Notes under the pieces: generated by a model
The model's input: the letters and a program-made list of their open reading frames with translations, nothing else
Databases searched by the model: none
Told to the model about the DNA's origin: nothing
In this document: in pieces, positions 1 through 11,192 of the stretch
Numbering within the stretch: position 1 is the stretch's first letter
How the letters are laid out: each line of letters starts with the position of its first letter
Origin: an uncultured bacterium
GTDB taxonomy: Bacteria; Krumholzibacteriota; Krumholzibacteriia; Krumholzibacteriales; Krumholzibacteriaceae
Reading direction: 5' to 3'
Assembly (NCBI GenBank): GCA_965371515.1
Contig: CBDUYR010000018.1
Location: 1-53,978 of the forward strand
DNA length: 53,978 bases
Program-made: the position numbers and the translations under genes

Positions 1-1
1 C

Positions 2-1279
<1,278 letters not shown>

Positions 1280-1336
1280 TTTCCACTCCGCGGCGGCGGC
1301 CCCGGGGAATCACCCCCGGGGCTCCTGCCGCCATAT

Positions 1337-2752
1337 CTATTCCTCGATATCTATTACGTTGACCTCGCCGAACTCGCTGAGCGGCTTGTCAAACGTCTTG
1401 TCGTCGCCAACGATGAAGAATGTCATCTTGTCGGGATGCAGGTATTTTCCCGCCGCCTCCTTGACCTCCTCGATCGTCATGGTCGCGTATCTCTCCATGT
1501 CCTTCTCGGGGGTATCGAGCGGCCTGCCCTGGAACTTCAGTCTGACCAGGCGGCGCACCATCCCGCTCTTCGAGTCGTAGTCAAAGACCTGGCTGTTGAC
1601 GTACGAATCGATCGCCTTCCTGAACTCCTCCTCGGTCGGGCCCACATCGCGCATCCTCTCGATCTGCTCGATTACGATCTGCATCGCCCTGCTGTACTCC
1701 TCGCCCTTCGTCTGGGCAAAGGCATAAAAAGCGCCGAGCGTGAAGGCATCGGGGCGGTAGCGTGAGCCCGTCGAGTATGCCAGCCCTTTCTTCTCGCGCA
1801 CTTCGATAACGATCCATGAGGTGAACGAGCCGCCTCCGAGGATGAAGTTCATGACCTGGACGGCGCAGCGATCCTCGTTCTTCGAGTTGATACCGAGATG
1901 GCCGAGCATCATGTAGGCCTGGCTTATGTCCTTGTAGGCATAGTTCCAGTTCTCGGCAAATACCGGCTCCACGACGGGAACCTCGGGAATCGTCGTCTCG
2001 ACCTGTTCCCATCCGGCAAACACATCCTCGAGCTTCGAGATGATCTCGTCCTTTTCGACGTCACCGCTGATGCCTATGATCGCCCTGTTGGGATGGAACC
2101 AGGCTGCGTGGAACGACGTGAGGTCGTCCCTCGTGATCGCCTCGATCGAACCCACCGTCGTATCCCATCCGTAGGGATGGCCCTCATAGACCAGCTTGAA
2201 GAACTCGCGCATCGCGATCGCCCTCGGCTGATCGTTCTTGCGGCGGATCTCCTCGAGCATGTCACCCCGCTTCTTCTCGATCTTGTCCTCGGGGAAGACG
2301 GGGTTCCTGATCAGGTCGGCCGCAATCGCCAGAACGGCATCGAGGTCCTTGCTGAGACAGTTTATCGCCACGTTCGTGCTTAGATTCCCCCCGTAGACCT
2401 CAACGCTCGCAGCGAGGAACTCGAGTTCCTCGTTGAGCTTGTCGGACGGCCAGCTCTCACTGCCGCCGTTGCGGATGACCCACTGCGCCATCGCGTTCAG
2501 GCCGTACTTACCCTCCTCGGGGAAGTAGGTCGGAAAGAGGATGACGATATCCACGACAGGGATCTCGTGATCCTCGATGAGAAATCCCTCCATCCCGTTG
2601 ACCAGGGAGATATCGATCACCTCGGGCGACGTTATCTCGATGGGGGGGTACTTGAGCTTGCTCGGGTGCTTGCGCTTCCCGGCGAAGAGCGGCGACGCGA
2701 GGGCCGCCACGAGCACCATCGCAAGCACTGCAAACAGGATCCTGCGTTTCAT
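1337..2752 (-). CDS. M16 (pitrilysin) family protein, non-catalytic partner subunit, signal peptide
   Basis: M16 fold motifs (FLIEDHEIPVV; ILGGGSFTS..VREKKGLAYS); no HxxEH; ATG overlaps the upstream TAA (TAATG at 2750-2754). Confidence 0.88.
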   Translation of the reverse strand: MKRRILFAVLAMVLVAALASPLFAGKRKHPSKLKYPPIEITSPEVIDISLVNGMEGFLIEDHEIPVVDIVILFPTYFPEEGKYGLNAMAQWVIRNGGSESWPSDKLNEELEFLAASVEVYGGNLSTNVAINCLSKDLDAVLAIAADLIRNPVFPEDKIEKKRGDMLEEIRRKNDQPRAIAMREFFKLVYEGHPYGWDTTVGSIEAITRDDLTSFHAAWFHPNRAIIGISGDVEKDEIISKLEDVFAGWEQVETTIPEVPVVEPVFAENWNYAYKDISQAYMMLGHLGINSKNEDRCAVQVMNFILGGGSFTSWIVIEVREKKGLAYSTGSRYRPDAFTLGAFYAFAQTKGEEYSRAMQIVIEQIERMRDVGPTEEEFRKAIDSYVNSQVFDYDSKSGMVRRLVRLKFQGRPLDTPEKDMERYATMTIEEVKEAAGKYLHPDKMTFFIVGDDKTFDKPLSEFGEVNVIDIEE

Positions 2753-4686
2753 TACTCGCCCTCCGTCTTTTCTTCCTTGATGAATCCGGCGTCTTTAGCA
2801 CGCTGGATCAGTTCCAGCCCGAACTCCATCTGTTCCTTCTCCGACTTGAGCGTCTGGAATTTCTGGGCTATCTGCATCTGCTCTTCCGGTGCCAGCGACT
2901 GTATGTACTGCATCATCGCCGCCTGGTGCTTCTCCATCTCTTCCTCTATGTTCTTTCCTTCTCCCTCTTCCTCTTCCCCTTCTTCCTTCTCTTCCACGAC
3001 CTGGACCCGCCAGCCTACCGTCCTGTTCTGCTCGGTGAAATACTTCTCGGAGACCGCCATGACATCCTCGGCCGTGACCTCCTTGATCCTGTCGATGAAA
3101 CGGAACAGCGCCCTGTAGTCGCCCATGTATATCTCGCCCATCATGATGGTGAACCCGATCCCGAGGTTCGAGCCGAGGCTTCTCACCAAGTCGGCGTCAA
3201 GCTTGTTCTTGATCCTCTGAAGCTCTCTCTCCTCGACCGGCTCGGTCTTGAGCTTCTCGATCTCGACGTATATCGCCTGCTCGACCTCCTCGAGGGTGTG
3301 CGGGTGGCGCGGCTGTGCCGAGATGATCATGAGGTTGTCGTAACGGTCGCCCGGGCCGGTGAAGGCAGTTGGCGGCCTGGCGGTGAGCTGCTGATCCTCA
3401 TAGATCGACTTGTACAGGCGAGTCGTTCGGCCGCCCGAAAGGACGCTCTTGATGACGTCGAAGACCACCGCGTCGGGATTGGGATATGCCGGCTTGTGCC
3501 AGCCGATCTTCAGCGCCGGGTTGGCGTCGTGCTCCACGACGACCCTGCGTTCGCCTCTCTGCTCAGGCTCCCTGGTCTCTACAGGATTCGGGGCCTTCTG
3601 GGCCTTGATCTTGCCGAAATACTTCTTCGCCATCTTCCTGACCTGCTCGACATCGACGTTGCCGACTATGCAGGCCGTGGCGTTGTTCGGTGCGTAGTAC
3701 TTCGTATGGTAATCTGCGAGCTCCCTGCGGTCGATCGTCCGCAGGTCACTCATCCAGCCGAGTACAGGCCACTTGTACGGACAGGCGGCGAAGGCGACCG
3801 AGTTGAATGCCTCGTCGAGGACGTCGTCAGGGTCGTTGTCGCTGAGCCTGCGCTCCTCCATCACGACGTCGCGCTCGATCCAGAACTCCCTGAAGACCGG
3901 GGTGTCCATCCGGTCCGATTCCATCGTCATCCAGAGCTCGATCCGGTTAGACGGCAGATAGGCAAAATAGACGGTGAAGTCGTTTGACGTGCCGGCGTTG
4001 AGCATGCGGGAACCGTTGTTCATGTAGGTCTCCCACAACTCGTTGTTCACAACGAACTTTTCGCGCTGCTCGTCGGTGAGCCTCACGATCTCGCCCCACG
4101 TCTCGAGATACTCGAGATAGAGCGCGAGGTAGTCCCGCCCTCCATCCGTGAGGAGGTGCTTCTGCGATTCGAGATCGCCGGGCAGCGATTCCATCGCCCT
4201 TATCTTCTCCACTACGAGTTTGTTCTGAAGGTACTTGTCGGTGCCGACCTCCTCGTTCTCCTCGTCGGTGAAGGTGGCAAGAACCTCTTTTCTCAGGTCC
4301 TCGAATTTCTCGAATCGCCACTCGTCGATCATCTTCCGGAGGTCGATCGTCTTCTCGCCGAGCTCGTCGGTCTTCTCGATGTACGGGATCTCCTTCTTGT
4401 AGTTGGAGGTCCCCATCATCTCCGTGCCCTTGAACATCATGTGCTCGAGCAGGTGGGATATCCCCGTGACGTTAGGCCACTCGTTCGCCGAGCCGACGTT
4501 GAAGACGACGGCCATGAAGACCACCGGCGCCTCGTGCCGCTCGACAACGAGAAATTTCATGCCGTTGTCCAGCTCGAATTTGTTGACCTTGTCCTCCAGC
4601 GTGCCCGCAGCCACCGCGGCGGCGAGCAGCAGCGCCGCGAGAACGGCCGCTGCGGGGATCGTAAGGCCCCTGCGTTTCAAGCTCAT
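2752..4686 (-). CDS. M16 family zinc peptidase, catalytic subunit, signal peptide
   Basis: GISHLLEHMMFKGT (HxxEH), NAGTS.D.T.Y and ERDVVMEERR motifs; start moved to ATG 4686, which follows a GGAGG RBS. Confidence 0.92.
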   Translation of the reverse strand: MSLKRRGLTIPAAAVLAALLLAAAVAAGTLEDKVNKFELDNGMKFLVVERHEAPVVFMAVVFNVGSANEWPNVTGISHLLEHMMFKGTEMMGTSNYKKEIPYIEKTDELGEKTIDLRKMIDEWRFEKFEDLRKEVLATFTDEENEEVGTDKYLQNKLVVEKIRAMESLPGDLESQKHLLTDGGRDYLALYLEYLETWGEIVRLTDEQREKFVVNNELWETYMNNGSRMLNAGTSNDFTVYFAYLPSNRIELWMTMESDRMDTPVFREFWIERDVVMEERRLSDNDPDDVLDEAFNSVAFAACPYKWPVLGWMSDLRTIDRRELADYHTKYYAPNNATACIVGNVDVEQVRKMAKKYFGKIKAQKAPNPVETREPEQRGERRVVVEHDANPALKIGWHKPAYPNPDAVVFDVIKSVLSGGRTTRLYKSIYEDQQLTARPPTAFTGPGDRYDNLMIISAQPRHPHTLEEVEQAIYVEIEKLKTEPVEERELQRIKNKLDADLVRSLGSNLGIGFTIMMGEIYMGDYRALFRFIDRIKEVTAEDVMAVSEKYFTEQNRTVGWRVQVVEEKEEGEEEEGEGKNIEEEMEKHQAAMMQYIQSLAPEEQMQIAQKFQTLKSEKEQMEFGLELIQRAKDAGFIKEEKTEGE

Positions 4687-4791
4687 ACTTCCTCCTCTCT
4701 GCGTCTTGCAGATCTGCGCCAATATATTTGGATGTTCGAAAGAAAAACACTAACAGCCGGGAGAGAATCATTCAATCGGAATCCGGAGATA

Positions 4792-7485
4792 TTATCTGAG
4801 ATATATGATCTTGATGGAGCTGGATTGTACGCCTGAGTTCATTCTGCAGAAATATACACCGCTCGCAATGTCGCTTTCGTTACTGTTTCGGCCATCCCAG
4901 ACGAGGGAATATTCCCCAGCTTCGACATATGCGTCGTTCCGCAGTATCCTGACAAGCCTGCCTGCAACGTCGTACACGGCGATCTTGACGGGGCCGGCCT
5001 GCGCCAGGGCATACCTTACGGTGGTCGTGCCATTGAACGGGTTCGGTGCCGCGAAGTATATCGACGTGCCGATCGAGGCGATCCTCTGGCCGAAAGACTC
5101 CTGGATCGACGCTGAACCAGTCAGCTGATTGTCATGGAGCTTCTGAAATCTGGCCATTACTTCAGCCTCAGTCAGCGCAGCCGTATATATCCTCAATTCG
5201 TCGATCTTCCCGTCATAATAGGACTCTTCGTGTTTTCCGACGTAGATTGCGCCGCAGCCGATATCAACCTCTCCGCTTTGCCTGAATACCGTCGAGCTCC
5301 TGACGCCATCGAGATAAACATACATGTTGACCCCATCATAGACCGCCACCAGGTGATGCCATCTGTCGGCGGAAGCCTGCTGGGTGCTGAAGATGCCCCC
5401 ATTTACGTCATCGGTCTTTGTCCTGAACTCGATTTTCCCATAGTTGAGGATAAGACTGAACGCTGCGCATTCGAGCCACTGATTGACGAGCGGTTGGCAT
5501 CTGAACCGGGGGTAATCGGGTTTGAACCAGATCTCGATAGTCAGGCTGTCCGTCCCCCCCCTTCCTTTGAGCTTTGGAAGGCTGATAAAGTCGTTCTCGT
5601 TGAGGTCCACGATATGACCTTCCGTCTCCAGGTCATATCTTCTGCCCGGACAGCTCCCTCCGAACAGCCATTCGCCGCCATTGAAAAAGCAGATGCCGTC
5701 GTTGCCGTGTCCCGAGAAATCCCTGAGTAAATCCGGGTCCGAGTCCTCGGTAAGCCATTCCACGAGGATCTCTCCGTCCGGCTCTCCCGATACGACGGAC
5801 GAATACTGTTCACACAAGACGCCATCGAGCTTTCCCGCAGGAGGTGCGGACGGATTGTCGTAGTACGCGTACAGTTGCCCCGGACGGGTCGGCCTGTCGA
5901 TGAGCAGCGTCGCGTTCATCCTGCCGTCATCTTCCGTGCCGATAATCCCTCTCTCCCCCCAGAGTATTACTTCGACCTGTGTGTTCATTGCGCCGCTGCC
6001 ACTCGGCTCGGAGCTGCCGAAGCTCCAGAAGACCTGGAAATCCTGAGCGGCGCCGAGGACTCTGACGGCATAGTTGTGCGATAATTCTGAATCCCGTGTT
6101 ATCTCATTGGACAGCTCCCACGTATGACCGTTGTCCTCGCTCGAATATTCGACCATTTCCCCGCCGTCATGGAGATCGTGCCCTACGGGGAGAAACGCCC
6201 TGAGACGAGGGGCCCGGTCGACGAGCAGGCAGCCCCTGTCGAACAGATGATTGCACGGTGCGATCGAGTTTATCACCCAGCCCGATTCGCTCCTTCTGGC
6301 CAGCTTCCACTCCCCCGGAGCCGGCAAAGCCGCCTGGCTCCACGGCCCCTCGTTGAAGAGGATATAAGGGGTTCCGTCCCCGCCTATCGCGAAATCATTG
6401 ACATGGCTCGAGCTGTCGGCGTTCTCGTAGACCAGCTCCAGCTGGGAGAGGGTGAAGGGAGGCTCCCCCGCGATCACAGTTCCGTCGCTGGCCTGGAATG
6501 TCCCCATCCCGTCGTCCGATCTGATGTAGTAGATATTCTCGTAGAGACTGGTGTCGTAGTTGAACGGCGTTATCACGAGGTGATATGAAGCCTCGTCCAG
6601 GGAATTCCTCACCACTTCGCTCAAGGCGTAGATGAATTTCTTCGGCTCGTTGACGAGCAGCCGACAGCTGCTCCACTCCTGTCCCTTGCTGGTCGATGTT
6701 ACGTATCCCCACCCGGCGGTCTCGATTCCAGTATACTCTCTGAACGACGTGATGATGGTTCGGGAATCGAGCATGTAGGACTGTGGATAGGTGGCCGCGA
6801 CGTCAATCTGAACCTCCTCCTCCCACTCGAGGATGTTCTCCGGAGCTTTTGATCTTCTCATCCGTATTGGATGATGATGACACCCGAAGAATACGTAAAT
6901 ATATCCCTCATCATCTATCAGAAGCGAAGGGTTGCCGTGCGCGTCACCGAGGATCGGCGTCCTCCCGGCGATGACGGCTTCGGACAGGATGCCGGTGGAA
7001 TTGTCGTAGTAGCGGATCGCCGGATCGCGGCTGTAATCTCCATATACGAAGTATGACCTGTCGTACCTTCCGACGAACCGTATCCCATTTGGCCTTATTG
7101 TGGTGTAGTAAGTAGCCGCGGGGGTGTGATACTGCGTGTAACCGTTCTCGCGGCAGCACGAATACCAGGCGCCGTGAGTGATCCTGTCATCATGCAGCCA
7201 GTGCCTGGCGACAAAAGCCTCTCCGTCGATGTCGTCATCCTGCCAGACGAACCGGATATCGCCGGCGGATCCTGCCAGGTTCAGACCTGGCAACGAGGTT
7301 TCGTCGAGGATTATCCTGATATGGCAGGGAGCGGTCAATTCCGCTCCAGGGGCCAGATCGACCCGGGCACGGTACTTCCAGTCCGAATCCCACCACGGGT
7401 GGTCGACACAGAGCGCTTCGCCGGCAAGCACGAGCAAGATGGCGATGCAGCATGGAAGATCAACAGCTATTCTCAATACCTGCAA
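4792..7485 (-). CDS. Secreted multidomain protein: DUF2341-like + BNR-4 repeat propeller + LamG + FlgD-Ig/T9SS-like C-terminal domain
   Basis: Signal peptide; WWDSDWKYR; DAHGNPSLLIDDEGYIYVFFGCHH; Asp-boxes (SKGQEWS, SEDNGHTW); WHHLVAVYDG..G.IDELRIY (LamG); APNPFN..T.VRY..VYDVAGRLVR..SGVYFCRM. Confidence 0.8.
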   Translation of the reverse strand: MQVLRIAVDLPCCIAILLVLAGEALCVDHPWWDSDWKYRARVDLAPGAELTAPCHIRIILDETSLPGLNLAGSAGDIRFVWQDDDIDGEAFVARHWLHDDRITHGAWYSCCRENGYTQYHTPAATYYTTIRPNGIRFVGRYDRSYFVYGDYSRDPAIRYYDNSTGILSEAVIAGRTPILGDAHGNPSLLIDDEGYIYVFFGCHHHPIRMRRSKAPENILEWEEEVQIDVAATYPQSYMLDSRTIITSFREYTGIETAGWGYVTSTSKGQEWSSCRLLVNEPKKFIYALSEVVRNSLDEASYHLVITPFNYDTSLYENIYYIRSDDGMGTFQASDGTVIAGEPPFTLSQLELVYENADSSSHVNDFAIGGDGTPYILFNEGPWSQAALPAPGEWKLARRSESGWVINSIAPCNHLFDRGCLLVDRAPRLRAFLPVGHDLHDGGEMVEYSSEDNGHTWELSNEITRDSELSHNYAVRVLGAAQDFQVFWSFGSSEPSGSGAMNTQVEVILWGERGIIGTEDDGRMNATLLIDRPTRPGQLYAYYDNPSAPPAGKLDGVLCEQYSSVVSGEPDGEILVEWLTEDSDPDLLRDFSGHGNDGICFFNGGEWLFGGSCPGRRYDLETEGHIVDLNENDFISLPKLKGRGGTDSLTIEIWFKPDYPRFRCQPLVNQWLECAAFSLILNYGKIEFRTKTDDVNGGIFSTQQASADRWHHLVAVYDGVNMYVYLDGVRSSTVFRQSGEVDIGCGAIYVGKHEESYYDGKIDELRIYTAALTEAEVMARFQKLHDNQLTGSASIQESFGQRIASIGTSIYFAAPNPFNGTTTVRYALAQAGPVKIAVYDVAGRLVRILRNDAYVEAGEYSLVWDGRNSNESDIASGVYFCRMNSGVQSSSIKIIYLR

Positions 7486-7685
7486 CGCCTCCTGCGGACG
7501 GTTGAATATTTCATAAAAACTGATTATATCATAATCCGGCCGGTCGCCGCAAGGACGCCGGAATTCTGATGAGAATACACGCCTTCGCCACAGAAAAGCC
7601 GGGAACAGAAAGTATTGTGAGATGTTAACCCGTGTGTTAATTTATTGTGCGTTGTATTTCAGGCTGTTACACGAGAGGCACCCGA

Positions 7686-10646
7686 ATGTCGCTGCCGACA
7701 GACAGACATGGGCGCGGTATTGTCCGCGTATTATCCATCTTCACTTTTCTTGCCATCCTGTCCGGAGTCTCCCTCGCCCAGGGGCCCGCCGTGCAGGACC
7801 TGCTCTCCGAATACTGGCAGCAGCAGGCCGACTACGACATCCGGTGCACCCTCGACATCGAGGCGAAGATGCTTACCGGAACGCAGAAGATCACCTACCG
7901 GAACAATTCCCCCGACTCTCTTCGGCGATACTACATACATCTATACCCCAACGCATACCGGGACAAGGATTCGAAGCTCTACCAGGATTTCTACCCCGGC
8001 ACCTGGGTCTTCCTCAGGGGCCTGCGCGAGGAGAGCAGGGGCTGGATCGAGATCGACTCGATGACCGTGGGCGGAGCGGCAGCCGAGTACACGATCGACG
8101 GCACGATTCTCAGCGGCACGTTCGCGCGACCTCTCCCGCCCGGCGGCACCATCGTCTTCGACATGGCCTTCCGGGAGAAGATCCGCAGGCGGACCGGGCG
8201 TTCGGGATATATCGGCAACCACTACGACATGGCCCAGTGGTACCCGAAGATGGTCGTTTACGACAAGATCGGCTGGCATCCGGACCAGTTCAGGATGGGT
8301 GAGTTCTACGGCGAGTTCGGCACATACGACGTGAGAATAAGGCTCCCCAACCAGTACGTGATCGCGGCGACGGGACTCCCCATCGAGGGCGATCCCGGAT
8401 GGACCAGCAACAAGAAACCGAAGCACAAGGGCGGCAGGGGAGGCGGGCGCCCCGACAGGTCTCCCGATGCCGATTTCAGCGGCATGAAGCGCGGCCGGGA
8501 CGACGCCGGCCTTTCGATGTCGCTCAAGACGGTCCATTTCCGGGCCGTCGACGTCCACGACTTCGCCTGGTGCGCCGATCCCCTGTACGTGGTCGAGGAG
8601 ACCCAGGTCGGCGACTACTCGATAAAGAGCTTTTACCGCCAGTGGAACCGCGCGTGGGCCGACTCGGTCCTCGCCCGCACGGTGAGCACGATGAAGTGGC
8701 TCGAGGGTCTCATAGGTCCATACGAGTGGCCGCAGATCAGCATCGTCGACTCACCGGCCCGCGGCGGCATGGAGTACCCGATGCTCGTGATGAACGGCAG
8801 CCCCGACCATGGACTGATCGTCCACGAAGTCACTCACATGTGGTTCTACGGGATGCTCGCGAACAACGAGCGGGACGAGGCGTGGCTCGACGAAGGTCCG
8901 GCCCAGTACCACATGTTCAGCTGGCTCATAGCAAACAGGGGGCAGAAGAAGCTCTGGAGAAAGATAAGCGATTCCGTGATCGAGCTTCACCGCAGCGGAT
9001 ACGCAGAGCCGGTGGCCACCCCCCATCAGGAGTTCGAGAGCGGCGCGCGGACGATGATCTACAACAAGAGCGCCCTCTTCTTCCGCTCGCTGAAGTACCG
9101 CGTTGGCGACGACGATTTCGACAAGATCCTGAAGGAGTATTTCAGGCTCTGGAAGTTCAAGCATGTCGACGAGGAGGCTTTCCTCGCCGTATGCGAGGAC
9201 GTGACGGGAGAGGAGCTCGACGATTTCTTCAAGCAGTGGATCCACTCGGTCAAGGACTGCGACTACGTCCTCGAGAGGTTCAAATACAGGGAAGAGGACG
9301 GTGTCCACTGGGCCGACGTGAGAATCAGTCGCAGAGGCGAGATGATCATGCCTCTCACCCTTGAATTCAAGCTTAGGAAAGGCGGGGTCGTCAGGGAGCA
9401 GGTCGACGGCATGCCGAGGGAGATCGAGAAATCATTTTCCTTCGCCTTAAGGCCGAAGTCGGTCTCGATCAATCCCGAAAACGAGATCCTCGACATCTAT
9501 CAGCTCAACAACAACTCCTCGGGGAAGACAAAGATCGCGATCGAGAATCCCTGGCGGTCCGAATGGCCGTCCGCGTCGAAGCTGTACGAGTTTCTTCCCA
9601 TAGGGTGGTACAACGAGGTCGACGGCATAAAGGCGGGCCTGAGGATCAAGAGCAGCTACGCCGACACTTATAACAAGCTGATCCTCCAGGGGCTCTACAG
9701 CGTCGACAGCAAGACGTTCGATTTCTACCTCAAGTACAGTCATCCGGTCGGCTGGCTCAGACGTGAGACCACGCTGAACTTCGAAGCGTTCTACCGGGAG
9801 GGCAGGCAGGGAGGGTCCTTCGTCCTCGACAAGCTCCAGAGAAACAGCCTCAGCGACCCGATGCCGAAGTACTGGCAGCTGAGATTCGTCTATCACGATC
9901 TCCTCGACCAGGACTACGTCTATCCCGGCACGTACGACGATGGCACCAACCTCCACCTCGGCGGCAGCTTCGAGCTGGCTCCGAAGACGGACATCTTCGC
10001 CACGTCGCTAAAGCTCGATTTCGACAGGTCGTTCTGGGGCAGCTACCAGAGCTACGAGAAATTCTCGCTGGAGACCCGCGTCTGGCCCGCGAACAGGTTC
10101 AGTTTCTGGTTGAAACCCAAGCTTCGCCTCTGGTACGGCAGCAGCGCAATCGATCCGCCCGAGCAGCAGAAGCGGAACCTCGCCGGCGCCGGCGTCCTCG
10201 AGAAGGAGAAGTATTTCTGGCTCCGCAGCGTCGGTGCCTTCCCGGAGGATTACTACCTCAACTGGGTCCTCCCGGGGAACTCCAACCTCAGGGGCTATTT
10301 CGACGGCGATTACGCCTTCAAAAAGATTGTAGCGTTCAACACCGAGCTCGGCCTGCCCTTCTGGGTGCCGCGCTTCCTGAGGAACTCGATGCGGGGCCGC
10401 CAGCTCTACCTCTTCTACGACGCGGGCCTGGTCCTCGACAACAGGCCGATGGAGGCCCTTCCGACCGATCTCGCGGAGAGTCTCGAACATGATTTCTTCC
10501 AGTCGTGGATGCAGGACTTCGGCGTCGGCATCAAGGTCTGGGTCATCAAGGCGGAGATGCCGCTGTGGCTCAGCCACCCGGAGCTGTCGGGCGAAACCGA
10601 GGACTGGTACGCGAGATGGACGATCGGCATCCACACTCTCTTCTAA
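7686..10646 (+). CDS. M1 family metallo-aminopeptidase with a probable C-terminal outer-membrane beta-barrel
   Basis: GGMEYP and HEVTH-x18-E (WLDEG); C-terminal part rich in amphipathic strands and ending in Phe; start at ATG 7686 after GAGAGG. Confidence 0.88.
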   Translation: MSLPTDRHGRGIVRVLSIFTFLAILSGVSLAQGPAVQDLLSEYWQQQADYDIRCTLDIEAKMLTGTQKITYRNNSPDSLRRYYIHLYPNAYRDKDSKLYQDFYPGTWVFLRGLREESRGWIEIDSMTVGGAAAEYTIDGTILSGTFARPLPPGGTIVFDMAFREKIRRRTGRSGYIGNHYDMAQWYPKMVVYDKIGWHPDQFRMGEFYGEFGTYDVRIRLPNQYVIAATGLPIEGDPGWTSNKKPKHKGGRGGGRPDRSPDADFSGMKRGRDDAGLSMSLKTVHFRAVDVHDFAWCADPLYVVEETQVGDYSIKSFYRQWNRAWADSVLARTVSTMKWLEGLIGPYEWPQISIVDSPARGGMEYPMLVMNGSPDHGLIVHEVTHMWFYGMLANNERDEAWLDEGPAQYHMFSWLIANRGQKKLWRKISDSVIELHRSGYAEPVATPHQEFESGARTMIYNKSALFFRSLKYRVGDDDFDKILKEYFRLWKFKHVDEEAFLAVCEDVTGEELDDFFKQWIHSVKDCDYVLERFKYREEDGVHWADVRISRRGEMIMPLTLEFKLRKGGVVREQVDGMPREIEKSFSFALRPKSVSINPENEILDIYQLNNNSSGKTKIAIENPWRSEWPSASKLYEFLPIGWYNEVDGIKAGLRIKSSYADTYNKLILQGLYSVDSKTFDFYLKYSHPVGWLRRETTLNFEAFYREGRQGGSFVLDKLQRNSLSDPMPKYWQLRFVYHDLLDQDYVYPGTYDDGTNLHLGGSFELAPKTDIFATSLKLDFDRSFWGSYQSYEKFSLETRVWPANRFSFWLKPKLRLWYGSSAIDPPEQQKRNLAGAGVLEKEKYFWLRSVGAFPEDYYLNWVLPGNSNLRGYFDGDYAFKKIVAFNTELGLPFWVPRFLRNSMRGRQLYLFYDAGLVLDNRPMEALPTDLAESLEHDFFQSWMQDFGVGIKVWVIKAEMPLWLSHPELSGETEDWYARWTIGIHTLF

Positions 10647-10660
10647 GGAACTGACCGGCC

Positions 10661-11179
10661 ATGAAAATATCACGTCTTCCCGCCTTTCTGCCGCTCATAG
10701 CTGTTCTTCTCCTCCAGTCCGCCTGCTCGGGCACCAGCGGGACCGCGCCGCAGTCCGCTGCCGCCGCGCACGAGGTCGGCGAGGAGGCGTTCGGTACCAG
10801 GATCCTGCTCGCCTCCCGGGACAGCGATTTCAAGGTGGAGATTGCCAGACGGATCGGAGAAGCGCTCAGGGACGAACCTGTTTACGTCAAGTTCATAGGG
10901 ATTAAGCAGCTCGCGAACGAGGCCGGCTCGGATTACACGGCGATCATCCTGATGACCAGATGCACCTCCTGGAGTATGGACCCGGAGGCGAAAGCTTTCC
11001 TCGAGAAGAATCCGGAGCTCTCAAACATCGTGTTGCTCATCACGTCGGGGGACGGGGAGTGGAAACCGGACATGGAGGGAAAGAAGTTCGACGCGATAAC
11101 ATCAGCGTCCGTAATGACCCACGTCGACAGCGTCACGGAAGAGATCCTCGAGAAGCTCCGTGCAATAATGCGAGCTTAA
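10661..11179 (+). CDS. Hypothetical lipoprotein, possibly flavodoxin-like alpha/beta
   Basis: Lipobox-like LQSAC; 14 bp after the M1 gene on the same strand; host-like codon usage. Confidence 0.7.
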   Translation: MKISRLPAFLPLIAVLLLQSACSGTSGTAPQSAAAAHEVGEEAFGTRILLASRDSDFKVEIARRIGEALRDEPVYVKFIGIKQLANEAGSDYTAIILMTRCTSWSMDPEAKAFLEKNPELSNIVLLITSGDGEWKPDMEGKKFDAITSASVMTHVDSVTEEILEKLRAIMRA

Positions 11180-11192
11180 GGCTGCCGCCAGA

